Source: Bacillota bacterium (GTDB lineage: Bacteria; Bacillota_I; Bacilli_A; MAG-NZ). From it: a stretch of 54,020 bases of DNA. This document shows positions 1 to 7,105 of this stretch, piece after piece (within the stretch, counting starts at the first letter, position 1; every line of letters begins with the position of its first letter). The position numbers and the translations under genes are program-made. The stretch lies in contig CBFHOU010000001.1 in NCBI GenBank assembly GCA_965657695.1, forward strand, positions 1,519-55,538, read 5' to 3'. Below the pieces are notes generated by a model. The model did not search any database and was not told the origin of the DNA. It saw only the letters and a program-made list of their open reading frames with translations.

Positions 1-810
1 TCCATTCAACAAGTCGTTATTAATGCGGTCTATCAAAACCAAGCGTTTACGAAAAAGGCTGTAGCGGTCTTAGAAGATTCCTATCCAAAAATCATTGCGG
101 GCTCCGCATTGCTCGGACAAGCCAGTGATGCTCCGGTCACCATTGTGACCAATCAACAAGCATTGAAATTGCTAGCAGAGCAAGATGGAATTAACGTGCA
201 ATGGGTGAAGCCTGTGGCGCATAAAGCGTGGGAATATCAGGCACTAAAAGCCATTGCGAAGCAAAAAGTTCCATTTAATCCCCTCGAAATCGGACTGTTA
301 TTTACTACCTCTAGTGTGGCAAAAGCAGTTTATGATGCGGTGGAAGAAGGAATCCCCTATACGCAAGTTGAAGTTCATTTAATGAGCGATGATGATTTTA
401 CAATGATTGATGTACCGATTGGCACTTCGATCTCGGACGTCTTAGGGCAACTAAACAAACAAACCAATTCAACGGACCAATGGTTTAGTGGAAGTGTCTT
501 ATATGGCTCTCCCTACAAGACAGATCAGTTCGTTGTATCGGATCAAGCGTTTGATATCGGGGTGACGAAAAACGTCATCACAGAAGATGTTTGTATTAAA
601 TGTGGTTTATGTAACGATGTTTGTCCGGTTGGTATCTTGCCACAAAACATCATGGATGCTGAAATTCGTGAAGTTGAGGACCGCATCTATGATTATAAGG
701 TCGACCAATGCGTTGAGTGTGGCTTATGTAGTTATATTTGTCCATCGGAAATTAATGTCTTAGAATGGCAACGCCGTGCGAAACGACGCGTTGCGAGAGG
801 AGTAGAATAA
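1..810 (+). CDS. rnfC: Rnf complex subunit C, C-terminal part (5' end outside window)
   Basis: Frame 1 is open from nt 1, so the track start at 109 is an artefact. Two CxxCxxCxxxCP ferredoxin motifs are present (CIKCGLCNDVCP, CVECGLCSYICP). It is the first gene of a coupled rnfC-D-G-E-A-B order. Confidence 0.85.
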   Translation, partial: SIQQVVINAVYQNQAFTKKAVAVLEDSYPKIIAGSALLGQASDAPVTIVTNQQALKLLAEQDGINVQWVKPVAHKAWEYQALKAIAKQKVPFNPLEIGLLFTTSSVAKAVYDAVEEGIPYTQVEVHLMSDDDFTMIDVPIGTSISDVLGQLNKQTNSTDQWFSGSVLYGSPYKTDQFVVSDQAFDIGVTKNVITEDVCIKCGLCNDVCPVGILPQNIMDAEIREVEDRIYDYKVDQCVECGLCSYICPSEINVLEWQRRAKRRVARGVE

Positions 811-1877
811 TGGCTCTTCGTAAAGCACCGTATCGTTATCAACCACAAAAAACTCGACATATCATGCGCTGGTTCCAAGTTGTATTAGTTCTTCATTTAG
901 GGGCTTCTGTTGCGGTTGCCGAACTCGGTGGTTATGATGGACTACGCGGACTGATTAGTGCAGCAATTGCGCTTGTGGTCGGACTTGCAGTGGAAGTTGG
1001 GTTTTATATTAGTTGGAACCGCTTTGAATCACTTTCGAAATTAATCAACGAAAAACATCCCTTTATAACCCCACTACTTGTCGTCTTGCTACTCCCATTA
1101 CATACACCGTTTTATATTATTGGGATTTCAACCTTAGTGGCCGTATGGATTGGCAAGCTCGTCTTTGGTGGATTTGGCTATTCAATCTTCAATAATGCGG
1201 TGGTAGGTGTCTTATTTGCGTATGTTAGTTTCGCGAATGATCTTGCGTTCCCATTAATTCAAGCGCCTGGATACAATTATCCAATTGAATTACTAAAAGT
1301 TGCAACGTTTGCTAATTCTACCGTTGGCTTTGATTTACAATCGTTATTCCTAGGTGGTAATTACTACATGGTATCGCTAGGTGCAATGTCTGGCTTGGCC
1401 GTTGTTATCTCGTTTTTGGTGTTGAGTTTCATACGGGTGATTGACTGGCGAATTAGTGTTGCCTTTGTCGCTGCTGTTTACGGGATGAGTTTCATTGCTG
1501 GGGGTCAAACCTTGGCCATGGAAATGATCCTTTCCGGTTTAGTTCTTGTTGGGGCTGTGTTCTTTGTTTCGGACCCAGTCACCTCACCAACAACCCGTAA
1601 CACGAAACTATTGTATGCCGTTGTCGTTGCCTTAATTACCGTTATGATTCGGATACTAGGGGATGCAACGGAAGGGGTTTTATTTGCCGTTCTTATAGGA
1701 AATGTAATTACTCCTTTCATGAATCGATCTGCTCGAAAAAGTTCATTTGTATCTTTTGTCCAAATGGTATTGATTGCTGCGGTTATCACCGTAACATCTG
1801 GATACGTAATTCAATTAGCGATGCAACCTGAAACGCTGGAGGTTGCTAGTTTGGAGGTTCTGGATGAAACACTTTAA
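810..1877 (+). CDS. rnfD: Rnf complex subunit D (polytopic membrane protein)
   Basis: The ATG at 810 overlaps the rnfC stop (TAATG) and follows GAGGAG. The protein is highly hydrophobic with multiple TM segments and an RnfD/NqrB-like FFVSDPVTSPTT segment. Its position in the rnf order fits. Confidence 0.9.
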   Translation: MALRKAPYRYQPQKTRHIMRWFQVVLVLHLGASVAVAELGGYDGLRGLISAAIALVVGLAVEVGFYISWNRFESLSKLINEKHPFITPLLVVLLLPLHTPFYIIGISTLVAVWIGKLVFGGFGYSIFNNAVVGVLFAYVSFANDLAFPLIQAPGYNYPIELLKVATFANSTVGFDLQSLFLGGNYYMVSLGAMSGLAVVISFLVLSFIRVIDWRISVAFVAAVYGMSFIAGGQTLAMEMILSGLVLVGAVFFVSDPVTSPTTRNTKLLYAVVVALITVMIRILGDATEGVLFAVLIGNVITPFMNRSARKSSFVSFVQMVLIAAVITVTSGYVIQLAMQPETLEVASLEVLDETL

Positions 1878-3366
1878 AATTATCTTTGTCCTGAGTCTTA
1901 CCGTCGTGTTATCGATGGTGGGTGTCTACATGGTAGAAGGCTATACAACGCCGATTATTCAGGCTCGTTTAAACGAGGCAACAAATGCAGCGTTGTTAGA
2001 GTTTTTCCCCACCGCAGATGAAGCATCAAGCTATGAAATTACGGATCAATATCCTGACGATCCCATTATTACGAATATTTATTTACTTCCTGTTGATGGT
2101 GAACCTGCAGGGGTTGTGTACCGTGGTGTATTTGCTGGATACCAACAAGGGATTGAAGTATTACTCGCCCTTAGCCTCGACTCGGAAGAAATTATTGGGA
2201 TAACGGTTCTAAGAAACTCGGAAACTGCAGGCCGTGGGAAAGACTTATTAGAAAGCCCCGCGTTCTTAGCACAATATCAATCCGCATCGTTATCTACAGT
2301 GCGTGACGATGGCGTGGATATGCCGGCTGGAACCAGTGCTCCAATTACATTAGGTGGAGTAAACCGATCGATCCGTTCGATGCTAATTTATCACGGGGTT
2401 AACTTCCTAGGATTGGAAGCCCCCGTCGAAGAAACACCCGAGGACATTAAAGAACGATTACTACTAACATGGTTCGGGGAAAGTGCGACATTTACGGACA
2501 TCCCTGTGGAAGCGAATATCCCCGTAATCGAACTGAAAGAAAGTTCGACAGGTGGGTTTTATCTCATCGCAACATTCAAAGGTAGTGGGGGTCCAAGCGG
2601 AGAAGGAATCACGCAGTATATGGTTGGATTCAATAACAATACCATCCTTGGATTAGAAGCTCTTACCATCGGTGAAACACCCGAATATGGTGGAGTCTAT
2701 ATGACCAATAGTGAATTTAAAGAACAGTTTATTAATGTTGATGTTGAACAGTTTATTACCAATGGACTAGATGCCTATACCGGTGCAACTGTAACACGAG
2801 TCGCATTCGATCAAGCACTCTATCAAATCTTAAATTATGTCCAAACTCAATTACTAGGGTTTGATACACCGACAGAACGTGCCATTGATGATGAAGTAAT
2901 GGCAGCACTTGATGATATGTTTGAAGGTGTTAGCTTTACCAACGAATCGATTAAATCAGGTAGCATATACGGTGTGTTTACTGGACGTGTAAACGATATC
3001 GTCGAGGCTGTGGTGTATTACATTGTCCATGACAATGGAGGAACCACGTCCATCTATAACAACTTGGTGAATCACTCGTTGATTCATATCAATCCAACAA
3101 CGGGAGCCATTGAAGAGCTTCGCGTGATTCGAAACAATTCATCTTATACGACTCATTATCCAGAGACGGACAAAGGGGTTGAACTTGACGGAGTTGATAT
3201 GAGTTTCCTTCGTGGGATCTCAGCACCAGGAAATGTAAGCCGTGACGACTTTGATGTAATGAGCGGTGCAAGTACCGAACCCGGTTGGGATACCATGCCG
3301 GCATTAGTCGAAGCGATTGATCAAGTATTAACGTATCAACAACAGCATCAAATAGGAGGTTCGTGA
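1864..3366 (+). CDS. rnfG: RnfG-like subunit, unusually long (500 aa), with an N-terminal TM anchor plus three FMN_bind-type modules
   Basis: The ATG at 1864 follows GGAGG. The N-terminus MKHFKIIFVLSLTVVLSMVGVY is a TM anchor. It sits between rnfD and rnfE. There are three ET-x-G motifs and three D-x-x-[STA]-G-[AT]-[ST] sites. Confidence 0.8.
   Translation: MKHFKIIFVLSLTVVLSMVGVYMVEGYTTPIIQARLNEATNAALLEFFPTADEASSYEITDQYPDDPIITNIYLLPVDGEPAGVVYRGVFAGYQQGIEVLLALSLDSEEIIGITVLRNSETAGRGKDLLESPAFLAQYQSASLSTVRDDGVDMPAGTSAPITLGGVNRSIRSMLIYHGVNFLGLEAPVEETPEDIKERLLLTWFGESATFTDIPVEANIPVIELKESSTGGFYLIATFKGSGGPSGEGITQYMVGFNNNTILGLEALTIGETPEYGGVYMTNSEFKEQFINVDVEQFITNGLDAYTGATVTRVAFDQALYQILNYVQTQLLGFDTPTERAIDDEVMAALDDMFEGVSFTNESIKSGSIYGVFTGRVNDIVEAVVYYIVHDNGGTTSIYNNLVNHSLIHINPTTGAIEELRVIRNNSSYTTHYPETDKGVELDGVDMSFLRGISAPGNVSRDDFDVMSGASTEPGWDTMPALVEAIDQVLTYQQQHQIGGS
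2095..2397 (+). repeat. RnfG FMN_bind-type module 1 (degenerate flavinylation motif)
   Basis: Sequence GVVYRGVFAGYQQGIEVLLALSLDSEEIIGITVLRNSETAGRG ... VDMPAGTSAPIT. The AGTS motif lies at 2326-2337. Confidence 0.5.
2548..2847 (+). repeat. RnfG FMN_bind-type module 2 (canonical TGAT site)
   Basis: Sequence GGFYLIATFKGSGG...ILGLEALTIGETPEYGG ... LDAYTGATVTRVAFDQAL. The TGAT motif lies at 2779-2790. Confidence 0.65.
2995..3333 (+). repeat. RnfG FMN_bind-type module 3 (canonical SGAS site)
   Basis: Sequence AVVYYIVHDNGG...IEELRVIRNNSSYTTHYPETDKG ... FDVMSGASTEPGW. The SGAS motif lies at 3262-3273. Confidence 0.55.
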
Positions 3367-4007
3367 TGGATCAAACTGTTAAATTAGGTAGCGTCTTCAA
3401 AAATGGAGTCCTGACGAACAATCCAACCTTTGTTCAGTTTTTAGGAATGTGTCCAACCTTAGCAGTTACCTCCCAAGTAAATAGTGCGCTTGGTATGGGG
3501 ATTGGGGTTGTGTTTGTCCTCGTGTTATCCAACCTTTCGATTTCATTAATTCGTAATTATGTGCCAACGGAGATTCGCATCCCGGTATATATTGTAGTGA
3601 TTGCGGCACTGGTAACCATCTTAGAGATGTTTATGAATGCATTTACACCAGCGTTGGCCGCAGAGTTAGGTACGTTCTTAAAATTGATTGTAGTTAACTG
3701 TATTATCTTGGGTCGTGCTGAAGCGTTTGCGCAAAAGAATGGTCCGATTGCCTCAGTTGTCGATGGATTTGCGATGGGACTTGGGTTTACAGGTGGACTT
3801 ACATTGTTAGCGATTTTCCGTGAAGTCTTTGGATCGGGATCATTTATGGGCAATGAAATTAGTTTGATTGCCAGCAACAATTTTCAACTAAGTCTCTTAA
3901 CTGGACCGGCAGGAGCGTTCCTTGTCTTTGGACTCCTTGTTGCTCAGTTGACAAAATACCGTCAATATAAAGCCGATAAAGAAGCTTCTCAGGAGGTGAT
4001 TGCATGA
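3366..4007 (+). CDS. rnfE: Rnf complex subunit E
   Basis: The ATG at 3366 lies 6 nt after AGGAGG and overlaps the rnfG stop (GTGATG). It is a polytopic membrane protein with N-terminus GVLTNNPTFVQFLGMCPTLAVT, typical of RnfE/NqrD. Confidence 0.9.
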   Translation: MDQTVKLGSVFKNGVLTNNPTFVQFLGMCPTLAVTSQVNSALGMGIGVVFVLVLSNLSISLIRNYVPTEIRIPVYIVVIAALVTILEMFMNAFTPALAAELGTFLKLIVVNCIILGRAEAFAQKNGPIASVVDGFAMGLGFTGGLTLLAIFREVFGSGSFMGNEISLIASNNFQLSLLTGPAGAFLVFGLLVAQLTKYRQYKADKEASQEVIA

Positions 4008-4579
4008 ACTTAATCGGCATTGCCTTCGGGGCAGTCTTTGTTTCTAATGTTGTACTAGCTCAATTTTATGGATTATGTTCATTCTTGGGCGTATCCAAGA
4101 AAAAAGGTCCGGCGTTCTCCATGGGAATGGCGGTTACTTTGGTTATTACCTTAAGTACGATGATTGCATGGGCGTTAGACTATTTCATTTTGATTCCCAA
4201 CAACCTTCGATATTTAAATACGATTACCTTTATTCTTGTCATTGCTGCGTTTGTACAATTGGTGGAGATGTCGATTAAACGTTTTAGTCCCCCACTCTAT
4301 CAGTCGTTAGGCGTCTATTTACCTCTCATTACAACCAACTGTGCCGTATTAGGGGTAGCAATCGACTCGACTCAAAAACTAAGCTATAACTTTACTGAGG
4401 CTACCACGTATGCATTATTTATTAGTTTAGGCTATGCGTTAGTGATTTATTTGTTCAGTGCCATTCGAGAAGAAATGGATGCCTATGACGTCCCTCGTAA
4501 TTATCAAGGACTGGGTGTCGCATTGATTACAGCCTTTATCCTAGCTATGGCCTTCTCAGGATTTGGAGGTGTTGTATGA
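4004..4579 (+). CDS. rnfA: Rnf complex subunit A
   Basis: ATGA overlap with rnfE and a preceding AGGAGG. The hydrophobic 191-aa protein contains LGVYLPLITTNCAVLG, typical of RnfA/NqrE. Confidence 0.9.
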   Translation: MNLIGIAFGAVFVSNVVLAQFYGLCSFLGVSKKKGPAFSMGMAVTLVITLSTMIAWALDYFILIPNNLRYLNTITFILVIAAFVQLVEMSIKRFSPPLYQSLGVYLPLITTNCAVLGVAIDSTQKLSYNFTEATTYALFISLGYALVIYLFSAIREEMDAYDVPRNYQGLGVALITAFILAMAFSGFGGVV

Positions 4580-4881
4580 CCGTTGTCTTAACCCTTGCCT
4601 TTTCATTGAGTATTTCATTGGCGGTTATTTTATCGTTTGCCTCTCAAGCACTACATGTCCCTGAGGACCCGCGTCTCAACGATATTATTAATTTGTTACC
4701 CCTTGCTAACTGTGGTCAATGTGGAAATCCTGGCTGCAAAGGGATGGCAGAAGCCATCTTGTCAGAAAATACGCGCTTAACGTCCTGCAAGCCAGGCGAC
4801 CAAGCAATGCGCGAACGTATTCGGGATTATTTAGAAACTCATCCTGATGAAGAAGGAAGCTTTGTTAAGGTTAAAATGTAA
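4576..4881 (+). CDS. rnfB: Rnf complex subunit B, short form (N-terminal TM plus a single Cys-rich Fe-S domain only)
   Basis: ATGA overlap with rnfA. It has an N-terminal TM helix followed by NCGQCGNPGCKGMAEAI...TSCKPG (Cx2Cx4Cx16C). It ends at 101 aa with no CxxCxxCxxxCP ferredoxin repeats. Confidence 0.75.
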   Translation: MTVVLTLAFSLSISLAVILSFASQALHVPEDPRLNDIINLLPLANCGQCGNPGCKGMAEAILSENTRLTSCKPGDQAMRERIRDYLETHPDEEGSFVKVKM

Positions 4882-5309
4882 TGAAAAGAATTTTTGCACT
4901 AGTTCTTGTTGTATTTCTTGTTGCCTGCGAACAAGCCCCGTACCGAATGGATAATTTGGATGATTACATCCTTGATCCTGATGTTCAAAAAGTGGATGTT
5001 CGCGGTCAAAGTGAACGCCTTGCGAATGGATATGTGGACCGTTTCCAGTCGATTGCTCTGGTGGAACTGTTAGGTCAAAGCGCAATTGATTTGTCGAATG
5101 GGTACAATTTTGAACCAGAAGATATTCTCAACGAAGTATTGATTCGGTCGCTATTTGATGAAGATGCTGAAGCGATTGTCATCATGTGTAATAGCGGAAC
5201 CAGAAGCCGATATATGGTCAGAGTCCTGGTGCACTTAGGCTATGATAATGTTTATAATCTAGGAGCATACAGTAATTATAACGGTGCGTATTTCATTAAT
5301 GGAGCATAA
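4881..5309 (+). CDS. Rhodanese-domain lipoprotein (exported sulfurtransferase-like)
   Basis: The ATG overlaps the rnfB stop (TAATG). The signal peptide carries a lipobox (MKRIFALVLVVFLVAC). A rhodanese active-site loop is present (IVIMCNSGTRSRY...GYDNVYNLGAY). Confidence 0.8.
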   Translation: MKRIFALVLVVFLVACEQAPYRMDNLDDYILDPDVQKVDVRGQSERLANGYVDRFQSIALVELLGQSAIDLSNGYNFEPEDILNEVLIRSLFDEDAEAIVIMCNSGTRSRYMVRVLVHLGYDNVYNLGAYSNYNGAYFINGA

Positions 5310-5331
5310 AAAAAGCCCGGTGGGCTTTTTT
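5309..5331. terminator. Bidirectional intrinsic terminator between the rnf-rhodanese and hyd operons
   Basis: AAAAAAGCCC-ggt-GGGCTTTTTT: a GC stem flanked by an A-run and a T-run. Both convergent stop codons touch it. Confidence 0.8.
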
Positions 5332-7105
5332 ATTTGTTAATGAATGATTTGTCTTGATAGGTTGTATGGAAATATCGCTTTGCCTTCATACTTCGAGTTT
5401 GATCAACAAGTTGTTGGTACGCATTTTCTTGATCCGTCGTCGGCAATGGATTAGGGTCATATCGTTTCGATTGAAGAATGCTTTCTTGACGAAGACTAAC
5501 TACATCAAGACCACTTCGGTATTCTTCACGTAGGATGGGTTGACCACCACCATTGAGGCATCCACCTGGACATCCCATGAGTTCAACATAGTGGTAGGTA
5601 ATGCCTTGGTCTTGTTGAACGCGTAGATAATCCATCATGTCTTGCATGTTTTTACCCCCATGGGCTTTTGCAAGACGCAATGTATGATTCCCAATTGTTA
5701 CGGTTGATTCCAGCAACTCTGGATAACCATCAATGGGCGTGTAATTGAATTCAATAGTTGATTGTCCTGCTGCACGGTTTGCAACGCGCAGAATTCGTTC
5801 CATCAATCCCCCATCAAGAGATCGAAAGCCATGCGATTGATCGAGTCGATCAACAGGTGAATTCCATTCAAAGGCTGGCATTGAATCAACATCGATTCGA
5901 GCTTTGCGAATCATTCGTGCAATTTCACGTGTTGTTAAGACGGCATCCACATTACGTAGACCATCATTCACCATGTCATCACGGTCTGATTCTGACTTAT
6001 GAGCCGTACAAGGAGAAATCGTCACAACATAGAGTTTAGTGGCATTAATCTTATAGGCATCATGAGCAAGGAATGATTTAAGTAGTGTTCCTTGTAACAT
6101 ATGAGGTGCTTTGGCTGTTGAGATATGGTCCAGCATCTCAGGATGATTTTGTTCTGCATAACGAATCCACCCAGCGCTACAAGAACTGAAAAGGGGGAAT
6201 CGTTCCGGAGCATTTTCCAGCGTATCCATTAATTCTGCTGCTCCTTCGAATACTGCGATATCTTCAGCGATGGATGTGGTAATAACATCATCAAAGCCTA
6301 AGGCTTTGATGGCAGATAAGATTTGACTTTCAACTTCATCGACATTTGTCCCGATATCATAACCAAAATCTTCCCCAATGGCTGCTCGAACCGCTGGGTC
6401 TACTTGGGCAACCACAAATCGATTTGGATCACGAAGAGCTTCTTGCACGTCTTGGATATGATCCTTTTCAACAATTGCAGCCGTTGGACAGACTTTCGCA
6501 CAAAGGCCGCAGCCAATACAGTTCACTTCATCCAAACTGCCTTTTCCAAAAATTGGAGAGATGACACTATCATAGCCACGTTCCATATATTCTAAGACGC
6601 CAACGCCAGCGATTTGATCACACACTGCAATACAAGAAGAACAGTGAACGCATTTGCTGGAGTCTAATACAATGGATGCAGATTCATTAAGTTTCAGATC
6701 TTTACCTGCTAAATCAAAGCTATGTTTGTATACATCGTCTACATTATATAAACGCATTTGATCAAATAAATCACAGTTTTTTTCCCGTGGACACGTCCAG
6801 CAATCAAACGAGTGATAACTTGCAAGAAGTTCTAATGATTGTTTGCGTGAATCGTAAACACGATCCGTCTCCGTGTTTACCACCATACCCTCAGTAGCCT
6901 CTAAGGTACACGTTGTTTGAAGTCGTGACCCGTTTACTTCAGCGACACACATACGGCATGCGGCAACGTCGTTGAGGTCTTTCAAATAACATAATGTAGG
7001 CATATAGGTTCCTTGAGCTTGAATCACTTCAAGGACATTACTTTTATCTGCCACCTCAATCGATTGACCGTTGACAGTAATGGAAATCATCTTTTGTTCA
7101 CTCAT
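5330..7105 (-). CDS. hydA: [FeFe]-hydrogenase large subunit homologue (HydA-like) with non-canonical H-cluster motifs
   Basis: The ATG at 7105 follows AAGGAGG and overlaps the hydB stop (ATGA). It has an N-terminal 2Fe-2S Cys pattern, HSFDCWTCPREKNC, two 4Fe-4S motifs (CVHCSSCIAVC, CIGCGLCAKVCP), and an H-domain with ELMGCPGGCLNGGGQP. Confidence 0.85.
   Translation of the reverse strand: MSEQKMISITVNGQSIEVADKSNVLEVIQAQGTYMPTLCYLKDLNDVAACRMCVAEVNGSRLQTTCTLEATEGMVVNTETDRVYDSRKQSLELLASYHSFDCWTCPREKNCDLFDQMRLYNVDDVYKHSFDLAGKDLKLNESASIVLDSSKCVHCSSCIAVCDQIAGVGVLEYMERGYDSVISPIFGKGSLDEVNCIGCGLCAKVCPTAAIVEKDHIQDVQEALRDPNRFVVAQVDPAVRAAIGEDFGYDIGTNVDEVESQILSAIKALGFDDVITTSIAEDIAVFEGAAELMDTLENAPERFPLFSSCSAGWIRYAEQNHPEMLDHISTAKAPHMLQGTLLKSFLAHDAYKINATKLYVVTISPCTAHKSESDRDDMVNDGLRNVDAVLTTREIARMIRKARIDVDSMPAFEWNSPVDRLDQSHGFRSLDGGLMERILRVANRAAGQSTIEFNYTPIDGYPELLESTVTIGNHTLRLAKAHGGKNMQDMMDYLRVQQDQGITYHYVELMGCPGGCLNGGGQPILREEYRSGLDVVSLRQESILQSKRYDPNPLPTTDQENAYQQLVDQTRSMKAKRYFHTTYQDKSFINK

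Noticed and set aside
765-1863. The upstream start codons proposed by the ORF track: rnfD 765, rnfG 1843, rpsJ 13093, rpsC 16350, MATE 33037, padR 36665, metG 47795, chr half 51747, hydA 7126 and hydC 8954
   Set aside because: In each case an internal ATG or GTG with a well-spaced GGAGG-type RBS, a stop/start overlap, or a family-typical N-terminus gives a better start. The longer versions would overlap the preceding gene or a terminator.
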